Sequence record: MN988561.1 | Reading direction: 5' to 3' (one strand) | DNA length: 64,000 nt | In this document: in pieces, positions 38,062-46,682 of the stretch | Position numbering within the stretch: the first letter of the stretch is position 1 | Layout of the letters: each line of letters begins with the position of its first letter | The notes under the pieces: model-generated | The model's input: only the letters and a program-made list of their open reading frames with translations | Told to the model about the DNA's origin: nothing | Database searches by the model: none | Translations under genes and position numbers: made by a program

Positions 38062-39043
38062 GATGGGAAGCCTGCATAACGATCTAGCATCCTGGGCTAG
38101 TAAATCTAATGCTCAAGGTCAAGACAGGATTGAGATCACTAACGAGACTGCTCTGAAGATTGCTGATCAGATAGTTGAGATGGCTACTCGTATTGAGGAA
38201 CTTGAGTATCACGTTCGTAATCCTCGTCATCCTGCGTACAAGGATCTGACAGATTATCAGTACGGTCTCAATCCGTGGCGTCGATTCAGACCATACAAGC
38301 CAGATCAGATTCGTATCGAACGAGGTGAGGACTATCGAGCTGGTACTCATACGATATGTGATCATTGTGGATGTGAGTATGCAGACCACGAACCGGTCGT
38401 AGGGTACGAATTCTTGAATAGATTATGCAATGGAAATCTGGTGAAGCTATGAGTGAAGAACGTAAATGTCCTCCTGGAATCACATGGCGAGATCCTGAGT
38501 ACTTGAAGTTCTATACTCCTTGTGATGTCTGCAAGAAGTATGGTGATGAAGGATCTCCAATCCACTGGGTAGGAGGATCTAGTTGTACCGTATGTTCTCG
38601 ACCTGAATGTGAAGAGATCGCTAAAGGATGGTACGAGGATACTGCTCGTCATGTTGAAGAACAACTAGCAGAGACTCGACGTCAATTCTATAGTGATGAG
38701 GATGAATAACATGTGGAGTGACTGGTTTCATCTAATCCCTAAACAGACTCTCAGTGAGAAGATACGTAGGAAGATCTTATTGGTCGGATTCATTCTCTCA
38801 TTAACTATACCTTGGATCTATGGTGCGTACACATTCTACAGGGACTATGTGCAATGAGTCCTGTACGTGTCATTCAAACATTTATTCGAGTATGTGCTGA
38901 TTGTCCACATTGTACTTATTACTCTGGTGGGATGAGTCATTGTACTTTGACAGAAGCACTCATTCGACCAGATGATAAAGCATACTCGATTCATGAGAAT
39001 TGTCCTCTACCGTATGCTGGACCTCCAGTAATTAGGAATACGA

Positions 39044-39427
39044 ATGATTGAGTCTTTTGAACAACGATTAAGTAATTATGAATTAGGTTCATGGTTTCAT
39101 GTACATGACATTGATGAGATGGAGAAATTCTATCTGTCTCGACTACCTGCAATCAGATCAGCTGCTCGTCAGTTAGGGTACGCTATTGGAGTCCATGGAT
39201 CTTGTCGACGAGACTTTGATCTGATGGCGATGAGATGGACAGACAAGTATGCTAGCAAGGATACTCTAGCTCGAGCTATCCAGAATGCAGCATGTGGGAT
39301 TATGTCCTCCAGATATACGTGGGAGACTAAGCCTAGTGGTCGAGTAGCTACTTCTATGGCTATCTGCTGGCCTGAGTGGTATGAAATGATCGGTGCAGGT
39401 ACGATCGATCTTTCGATTTTAGAGTAG
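39044..39427 (+). CDS. Minimal nucleotidyltransferase-like protein
   Basis: YAIGVHGSCRRDFDLM fits the Pol-beta superfamily hG[GS]-x(n)-DxD motif; later TIDLSI may supply the third Asp. Confidence 0.55.
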   Translation: MIESFEQRLSNYELGSWFHVHDIDEMEKFYLSRLPAIRSAARQLGYAIGVHGSCRRDFDLMAMRWTDKYASKDTLARAIQNAACGIMSSRYTWETKPSGRVATSMAICWPEWYEMIGAGTIDLSILE

Positions 39428-40238
39428 GGATTCTATTAATGTTTTATCAACAAATACCTATGGGAGCAGGAGATCACTCATCTGCTCAATGTTTCAGACT
39501 GACATCTCTGTTGCACGATACTCTAAGTGACATCTCAACTCTTCAACAAGCTGGTGGAAGAGATCCTTCATTTGATAACGATTATGATCTCCGTATCAAA
39601 GTAGCTGCATGTGAGATCTTTCTGAAGTTGACAGGTTACAAAATCAGTGACATTAAATTGTTAGATCTATTGAAGGAATACGAATAATGTCTGAGAATGT
39701 ATTTGACTACGGATTCATGGTACCTCTGAAAGAGAAGATGACCGATGATGATCGATATGATCTCTCTGAGAGACTCTGGAATGAGAAGACTGGAATCCAT
39801 ATTAATCATGAAGGTACGATAATCTACTCTGCTATTCGAGGAAACGAGTATGGGATTAGATTCATTCAGACGTCTGAGATGGATTCCTCTGCATTCATGG
39901 ATTCGATTCCTGACTACGTACCTGAGGTCGACGATACGGAGATTCGAGGATACTCGTGCTACTGGTACAATGGATCTGATAGCGATATGGACTGCATGAC
40001 TTTGGAAAGATATAGGAGTTACAATAATGACTCAGAAACGTGATCGACTAAAGATGACTCTCCGAGAAGAAGTAGCATTCGTCTTCGGAGGAGTAATGGC
40101 TATCAATCCTGAGTGGTACAAACAAGCACTCGAGATGATAGCGAAGAATCAGAATGTATCTGTCGATGAGGTGAAGAAAGCCGTCGAGAGCCTTCCTTCT
40201 GAGGACTTCGACTGAATCAATTTAAAGGAGAGGGTGAC

Positions 40239-40730
40239 ATGACTTCTGAATTGACAGTATCCCAGGTCTGGGGAATCGATCTGACTAAGGTCGATGATAT
40301 GTGCAAGATACTCACATGGTATGAGTATCGTAGAAATATGGCAATCAATGCATTGCTACCAGATAGGATGACTGAAGATGATCTTCGATGGAAGGATGTC
40401 ACTCTCACAAGAGATCGTAGACAAGCAGATAGAGTCGTACGAGTAACTCTCTGTTTGAAAGATGAGAATCATACTCGGATCAGTCACAAGTTTACTCAGA
40501 ATGAATTCTTCTCTGACGGAGATCTGAAAGAGATTTATCGTAAGCATCTAGCTGAAGAGAAAGAACGTAAAGCTGCTGAGAAGAGAGAACAGGAGAAGAT
40601 ATTTGCACTGTCTGAGGAGAGTAAACGAGAGAAGGAACTCGAGCATCTCAGAGGTCTAATGAAGAAGTATCCTCTCGAGATCGATGAGGAGATCAAACGT
40701 CGTCAACGTGAAATAGATCTGGATGATTAA
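40239..40730 (+). CDS. Hypothetical protein with a coiled-coil C-terminus
   Basis: AAAGGAG SD; charged helical tail. Confidence 0.65.
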   Translation: MTSELTVSQVWGIDLTKVDDMCKILTWYEYRRNMAINALLPDRMTEDDLRWKDVTLTRDRRQADRVVRVTLCLKDENHTRISHKFTQNEFFSDGDLKEIYRKHLAEEKERKAAEKREQEKIFALSEESKREKELEHLRGLMKKYPLEIDEEIKRRQREIDLDD

Positions 40731-40965
40731 TTATGAAGCATGAAATCCGTATTGTAGTCGATACTTCTGAAATCGATGATAAGTTTGATAACTTCGATGC
40801 TGAGTCACTACTGAGAGATTTGTACTTTCACAAGGTAGTTCAGAATATCAATGAGATCAATCGAGTTGCTCAGATGACCTCTTCTTCGACAGGAGGTAAT
40901 CCGTACATGCTCGCTCTGAAGAACATGGTCACGTATGCTGGTATTAACATCACGAGGATTGACTG

Positions 40966-41457
40966 ATGAAACCTGAGTATGAAGCATATCTCCGAGAGCT
41001 TATCGACGAGGATAAGAAACGTACCCATTATCTAGGCTACGATGAGAAGGGCCCTCCTGACTCTGCAGTACTGCGTGCTAAGTGCATGGAGTACACTAAG
41101 AAGTTCATCGAGAAGTTCCCTCATCTTAAGAGAGTGAGTGGATTTATTGCTAACAAGGATTTCATCTTCAATCCTGAGGAGGACGTATCTCCAGGTACTG
41201 AACATTGGTGGTGTGTTGACGTAGATGGGATGATTGTTGATCCTACTCGAGGTCAGTTCACTCGTAATGTTGAACTTAAGTACATTGAATTTGATGAGAA
41301 GATCCATCAGATCCAGATTGGTAAGTGTCCTAATTGTGGCATGGAGATCTACGGTCTTGTATCTGATGCTGGTAAGCATGGTGGACTGTGCTCAGAGAAA
41401 TGCTTCGACGATTACTCAGAATATATGAATGGTGAAATGAAGTCATGTCGATCTTGA
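40966..41457 (+). CDS. Transglutaminase/papain-fold protein with a C-terminal Zn ribbon
   Basis: AKCMEY...EHWWCVD.DG.IVDPTRGQF (Cys-His-Asp order); CPNC...CSEKC. Confidence 0.6.
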   Translation: MKPEYEAYLRELIDEDKKRTHYLGYDEKGPPDSAVLRAKCMEYTKKFIEKFPHLKRVSGFIANKDFIFNPEEDVSPGTEHWWCVDVDGMIVDPTRGQFTRNVELKYIEFDEKIHQIQIGKCPNCGMEIYGLVSDAGKHGGLCSEKCFDDYSEYMNGEMKSCRS

Positions 41458-41702
41458 ATACTGAAAATGTTAAGTCTCTCAAGTGGTCTCCTCTAGAGGA
41501 GAGTGGTACTATATACGCATGGTCTCCATTCGGTGGAATTTACTCGATTCAGATGACGCCTAATGGAGCATGTACTGTCAACTTCCGTAATGATAAGTTT
41601 GAGAACTACGGTAGTCTAGAAGATGGAATCGTAGCTGCACAGAATCATCATGTCTCTAAAATCACGGATCTTTTTGATTCTGAACCTACATGGAATATTT
41701 AG

Positions 41703-41936
41703 ATGTCTGCCAATTTAAGCACCGTATATTATGCAATTAAAGATCCTGTCACTGATACTCTGCAATGCGGGTACACATCTCTGACGAATGGACTGTATTC
41801 GACTCCAGGTAAGGCTCAGTCGTACATCGATCGTAAGGTCAGACGTTCTCGATATCCATCTCAAGCTGAAGAATATAAGAAATGGAAGATCGTACCTGTC
41901 AAGATCGTTGAGGTGACTGAAGATGAAGCTAATTGA
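41703..41936 (+). CDS. Small protein, paralog of 42478..42759
   Basis: YYAI...NGLYST..KA..Y...IVPVKIV. Confidence 0.6.
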   Translation: MSANLSTVYYAIKDPVTDTLQCGYTSLTNGLYSTPGKAQSYIDRKVRRSRYPSQAEEYKKWKIVPVKIVEVTEDEAN

Positions 41937-42471
41937 TTATGTAATGGTGCTTGACAATGTCCTGGATCATCAGACATGTCATCAGATCATCGACAAGTTT
42001 CAGAGTCATGGTGAACTAGAGTCTCAGAGACGTGAGGGATTGTATCAGTTTGATCAGCTCAATCTCAATACTGCTGGACCTAACTGGGATGGTGAGCTGC
42101 GTACGATCATTACTGCTCTACGAGGATCACTGACCACCTATCGTCAGGAAGTACCTACATCTGGATGGCCTCAGCAATTCGGATGGGAGCAGGTACGTAT
42201 GAAGAGATATCTACCTAACGATAACGATCAATTTCCTGTACATGTGGACGTAGCTGACTACAAGTCTGCTCGACGATTCCTCGTATTCTTCATGTACCTG
42301 AACGATGTCGATGAAGGTGGAGAGACTACATTCCCAGAATTGAATGTAGCAGTGAAGCCTAAGGCTGGACGAGTACTCATCTTCCCTCCGATGTGGCAGT
42401 ATCCTCATACTGGTGAGAAGCCTATCTCTGCTCCTAAGTTCATCATCGGGAGTTATCTCCATTATGTGTGA
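41923..42471 (+). CDS. 2OG-Fe(II) oxygenase (P4H-like)
   Basis: FPVHVD (HxD), FMYLNDVDEGGETTF, distal His PHTG, KFIIGSY. Confidence 0.92.
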   Translation: MKLIDYVMVLDNVLDHQTCHQIIDKFQSHGELESQRREGLYQFDQLNLNTAGPNWDGELRTIITALRGSLTTYRQEVPTSGWPQQFGWEQVRMKRYLPNDNDQFPVHVDVADYKSARRFLVFFMYLNDVDEGGETTFPELNVAVKPKAGRVLIFPPMWQYPHTGEKPISAPKFIIGSYLHYV

Positions 42472-42477
42472 GTCGAC

Positions 42478-42759
42478 ATGTTAAATATCAACAGGACATA
42501 TTATGCTCTGATCACAGAGAGTGGAGACATTCTCAAGGGATCTCAATCAATGCTGAATGGATTGTATGACTCTCATGCTAAAGCTACTAGGTACAAGAAA
42601 TCTCTCATTGATAAAGCTAAGCCGTTCAGTAGTCAAAGTACTAGTCCTCACAAACATCTGTGGGATCCTAGGAATACAGCAGAATGGGATAAGACTCTGG
42701 AGACGTATGAGTCTCTTGAAGTCACTCCTGTCAAGATTGTAAAGGATAAGGTAGAATGA
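42478..42759 (+). CDS. Small protein, paralog of 41703..41936
   Basis: YYAL...NGLYDS..KA..Y...VTPVKIV. Confidence 0.6.
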   Translation: MLNINRTYYALITESGDILKGSQSMLNGLYDSHAKATRYKKSLIDKAKPFSSQSTSPHKHLWDPRNTAEWDKTLETYESLEVTPVKIVKDKVE

Positions 42760-43035
42760 TCCGAGGACGTAAGAGTATCAAGAATGCAGCGACTGATGAG
42801 TGGATGAAAGAATGGGGTAGTCTGGAAGGACCTGGATATCCTGTCTGGAAGTTGTACGACATCCCTGAGATCATGAGTACTGCTAGTCGAATCATGGACG
42901 CTACTCGTAAGGAGTACGTCAAGAAATCCAAGAGTAACGATCTACCACAAGTATCATATATGCTGCAAGCTAATGATGAAGGTGTGTATGTCGAGTATGA
43001 GATCCGATAGTAAAGAAAATAAAGTCGTAGCAAAA

Positions 43036-43076
43036 TGGGGTCGATCGACGTCTTCGAGAGATTCTTCTTTGGAGGG
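43036..43076 (+). promoter_or_regulatory. Motif copy 11 (degenerate upstream box) with A-tracts
   Basis: TGGGGTCGATC-13nt-GATTCTTCTTTGGAGGG; AAAGAAAATAAA and CAAAA upstream. Confidence 0.68.
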
Positions 43077-43122
43077 TCGCTGGTCGGTCCTTCTAGAGAA
43101 TTGTCTTTGATTGGAGATTGTG

Positions 43123-43731
43123 ATGTCGGTGCTGCTGGAATTTGAGGGTCCTTCGATTGGATCCAAGAAGAATTGGTTGACTCTGGATCTTGAGACTGAA
43201 AAGATCTTCGGATCTTTCTCATGGGAATCTGGTGAGAAGAATGGTCGTCGATGGCGTCCCTATGCTTGTGGAATTGGCCACCAATCGGATCGTCTCCTGG
43301 AAATCAAAGTCTTCTCTTCGTTCGATGAGCAAGAAATGGCCGACTGGATCTCCGAGTCCTTGGTGATTCTCGGTGGAAATGTCCAGGATGTGGTCTTTCA
43401 GAATTCGAGAAATCGGTTCGATGAAATGGTCTGCTCCGGACGGTTCATAAATGCTCGTCGTCCTCCAACTCGTCTCCCTGGATCCTGGCCAATTGTCTCG
43501 ACTGATCCTGTGATGGTCTGGAAGAAAACTCCTCGGACTGATCGGATTCCAATTCCAAGAAATGAGGTGGATGGGATTGGTGGTTCTGCTGATCTCGTCC
43601 GTCGTGGAGATCTGGATCCTCTCCGCCATTGTGGTCGGGATGTTCTTGAGAATCTCTGGAATCTCGAGGATTGTCCTTCTCTTCCTCCTGAGTGGGTCGA
43701 CTTCTGGAAATCTCCATTCTCTGCTTCCTGA
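43123..43731 (+). CDS. Hypothetical protein encoded by an almost TA-free gene
   Basis: GGAG SD at 43113 then ATG 43123; only 2 TA dinucleotides in 609 nt; a single Tyr. Confidence 0.75.
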   Translation: MSVLLEFEGPSIGSKKNWLTLDLETEKIFGSFSWESGEKNGRRWRPYACGIGHQSDRLLEIKVFSSFDEQEMADWISESLVILGGNVQDVVFQNSRNRFDEMVCSGRFINARRPPTRLPGSWPIVSTDPVMVWKKTPRTDRIPIPRNEVDGIGGSADLVRRGDLDPLRHCGRDVLENLWNLEDCPSLPPEWVDFWKSPFSAS

Positions 43732-43742
43732 TTCTGAGTCCT

Positions 43743-43772
43743 GGGCCATGACTTAAAACTGGTCCCTATTTT
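43743..43772 (+). terminator. Conserved-loop hairpin / terminator
   Basis: GGGCCA-TGACTTAAAAC-TGGTCCC then TATTTT. Confidence 0.6.
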
Positions 43773-43791
43773 CATAGCTAAAGGTAAGATC

Positions 43792-44268
43792 ATGACACTT
43801 GAAGAAGTCCTCGAGACTAAGAAATACTATATCAATTCTCTTCGTGAGTACTCTCGTAAGCAGGTAGATCTATGGAGACAGGTACCATGGCTAGCTCTGC
43901 AGGCTCAAGGTAGATCTGGATGGTCTGACGCATATGGTCGATGTATCCGTAATGGTATCTGGACAATTAACTCTGCTACCAATGGAGGATATTGTGCTAC
44001 GTCAGTCGACTGTGATTCAGGTGAATTGATGTACTTCAATAAGCCTATGCGTGACAACTGTAAAGAATTGATGCTGATCGATCCTAAGGAACTGGATGCA
44101 AGTCTTGTAATCGCATACCTGAATCAACGTATCCTGAATGACAAGGAGGATCACTCAATTAAGCAGAAGGGTCCTACGTGGAGAAAGGATACTGCTGAGG
44201 AGCTAGGTATCGAGAGAGTATATCACAGGACTCGTACGATCCCTGAACCGTCATGGAGTTACGACTAA
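43792..44268 (+). CDS. Hypothetical protein
   Basis: ORF track, + strand. Confidence 0.65.
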   Translation: MTLEEVLETKKYYINSLREYSRKQVDLWRQVPWLALQAQGRSGWSDAYGRCIRNGIWTINSATNGGYCATSVDCDSGELMYFNKPMRDNCKELMLIDPKELDASLVIAYLNQRILNDKEDHSIKQKGPTWRKDTAEELGIERVYHRTRTIPEPSWSYD

Positions 44269-44287
44269 CGAATTTACCTCGAGGAGA

Positions 44288-44328
44288 TAGGTTCACTTAG
44301 CCTCCTCGAGGGATTCTTCTTTAGAGGG
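44288..44328 (+). promoter_or_regulatory. Bipartite motif copy 12
   Basis: TAGGTTCACTT-13nt-GATTCTTCTTTAGAGGG. Confidence 0.8.
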
Positions 44329-44840
44329 TCCGGATCGTCTGGGTCCTCTGGAAAAGGAGAATCGTATGTCAATGGCTGTGTCTCTGTATCGTGCTAAGTT
44401 TTCTAGCAAGTTCGCAGGATCTGGTGAGTTCCCGATCTATGCTTTGAACTTGAAGGATGCTGAGGATCGTGCTGAGAAGATCTTCTTCCTCATGAATGTG
44501 AAGGTCGATGGTGATACCTTCACATCTGAAGTCGCTCTGGTTGAATTCTGAGGAGAACGATCTTGTACATTAATGGTTGGATGACCAATGTCAATGTGAG
44601 TGAGATCGCTCAGACCAAGAAGTTCATCGAGGAGAACGATGGTCTCGATCTCAAGGTCGATACAACTGGTGCTAATGGTCCTGAGTACAAGTGGACCCAG
44701 TACTGCGATGACGATGAGGACATGGTGAAGATCGCTGCGGTCATGATGTTCTACAACGATCGTAGTCCTGAGCAGATCGAGGAGTTCAAATCTGATCTCC
44801 GTGAACTGATGAAGAAGTATCCACGTGTATAACTCAATCT

Positions 44841-44871
44841 GGGAGCATGTCTTCGGATGTGCTCCCTATTT
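44841..44871 (+). terminator. Intrinsic terminator with a UUCG tetraloop
   Basis: GGGAGCATGTC-TTCG-GATGTGCTCCC then TATTT. Confidence 0.85.
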
Positions 44872-45331
44872 CTCTGGAGATATGAAATGTCAAGTCGTCA
44901 AGATCTGAGTACTCCTCATCGTTGCCTCGTATCGAAGTGCAAGGGATCTCTTGTAGATCCTAAAGACTCGTATGGGAAGTATGCATACTGGTGGGGTAAG
45001 GTAGATCATCCTCGTGATAGTGGATGGCACAATGCTCCTCGTCCTGAGAACTATGGAGCACAGTCATGACGTCAGTCGTAGCTGAGTGGTACAATGTCAA
45101 GTTCGTTGACATGAATGAGGAGTTCAACTTCTCTGAGATGTCTCTCGTTCGTCGATCCTTGGATATCTCGTACTCCAAGATCCCTGATCAGAAACCTACG
45201 ATGGTCGCTGAGCCTCAGGTACCTGGACTGTGGTATCTGATGGATGCTAACAATCAGTGCGTAGGTCAGGTCAAGCATATGAGATTCGGATCAACGATCC
45301 TCACTGAGCCGACTCACTTCTGATTAATTAT

Positions 45332-45368
45332 GGGTAGTATGCCGAGAGGTATGCTACCCTATTCTTTT
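45332..45368 (+). terminator. Intrinsic terminator with a GNRA loop
   Basis: GGGTAGTATGCC-GAGA-GGTATGCTACCC then TATTCTTTT. Confidence 0.82.
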
Positions 45369-46064
45369 GTCCATATGGAGATGACTACAATGAGAATGTC
45401 CAGTATTAAGCATGAGATGAAATTGTTCATCGTCAAGTCAGCTGATGGTACTCAGACTCTTGTCGAGAATGATGGAGATGGTCCTGAGTTCATCTTCACA
45501 GAAGATACAAAGATCTCTTCTGGAGACGATACTCGTCAGATCGTAGTATCGTCGAACAAGGGTGATCTCCAGATGGTATGTGGATCATTCTTGACGGATG
45601 AAGAACGATCCAATGTCAAGATTATCGAGACCACAGGATCGATCAGGATCTATGTCGCTCCAGGAGATCTTCTCTGATGTCGTATGAAGGATACGGAGAG
45701 TACATCTGCCTGAGTGGTCACTATGTGAAGGCTCGAGACATCTATGATCATCCTGAGACTGAATGTGCTATCTGCAAGTCAGGGATGAAGTACTACCACT
45801 CAGTTGATGTAACCAATGGTTACGATGAGACGAGTGCGATGTCATGTGATGCTCCCAAGATCGTGATCGGATCTGATGACTGGTGGCAGACTGATCACTA
45901 CGACAATCGATATGCTCAGAGGATCCATCTGTATGGGATTCCTGAGGGTATGAATCCATGGATCGATTTACAATCGTCAGAATCCTAACATGTTGAGGGG
46001 TACAGGATTCTGATGGTCGACCTGAGCATGTCGTTATAAAGGCTCAATCTTTTATTGTAAGAGA

Positions 46065-46107
46065 TAGGTGCACTTGAGGTCGTAGAAGGATTCTTCTTCA
46101 GGAAGGG
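46065..46107 (+). promoter_or_regulatory. Bipartite motif copy 13
   Basis: TAGGTGCACTT-13nt-GATTCTTCTTCAGGAAGGG. Confidence 0.8.
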
Positions 46108-46147
46108 TTGCCCTGGTAGGGAACTCGAGAATTGTCTTTAAGGAGAA

Positions 46148-46570
46148 ATGGAAATGTTCGCTATCGTTGCTGCTAATGAAAGATCCTCTCAGCCGATCCG
46201 CAAGACTGGTCAGGAGACGATCTGGGGACTTGATGATGTGAAGAGGATCAAGCAGTTCAAGACTGCTAAGAAGGCTCAAGAGTTCATCGACGAGAAGTTG
46301 TCCTGGGATGGGTACTCCTTCGAGGTTGTACCGATGTCTGAAGTTCACAAGTACTACTGGATCAATCGTGAACTCAGTCAGGACGCTTCGATGGTAGCAA
46401 TGTTCTCCGACAAGATCAAGAAGTTCCGTGAGCTGGTCGAGGATGCTACCAAGCAAGGTGATGTGAATCGTGCTGCCTATCTCAATAGCGTTATCCGCGA
46501 CAGTCTCTTCCGGATCATCGGATCTGGTCAGACTGAAGAGGAATTCCACTACTCCGGTATCGCTCGCTAA
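46148..46570 (+). CDS. Hypothetical protein, monocistronic after motif copy 13
   Basis: TAAGGAG SD; followed by the conserved-loop hairpin at 46582. Confidence 0.75.
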   Translation: MEMFAIVAANERSSQPIRKTGQETIWGLDDVKRIKQFKTAKKAQEFIDEKLSWDGYSFEVVPMSEVHKYYWINRELSQDASMVAMFSDKIKKFRELVEDATKQGDVNRAAYLNSVIRDSLFRIIGSGQTEEEFHYSGIAR

Positions 46571-46581
46571 GAATACCTCCT

Positions 46582-46610
46582 GAGCCATGAGGTTAAACTG
46601 GCTCCATTTC
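46582..46610 (+). terminator. Conserved-loop hairpin / terminator
   Basis: GAGCCA-TGAGGTTAAAC-TGGCTC then CATTTC. Confidence 0.55.
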
Positions 46611-46640
46611 TTGTATCTGAACGTAATAGTTACTACGAGA

Positions 46641-46682
46641 TAGGTTCAGTTAGGGTCCTAAGAGGATTCTTCCTTAGGAGGG
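46641..46682 (+). promoter_or_regulatory. Bipartite motif copy 14
   Basis: TAGGTTCAGTT-13nt-GATTCTTCCTTAGGAGGG. Confidence 0.8.

Noticed and set aside
43219-43793. Multiple overlapping ORFs on both strands as real overprinted genes
   Set aside because: Absence of TA removes TAA/TAG stops in all frames, which explains the open frames without extra genes.
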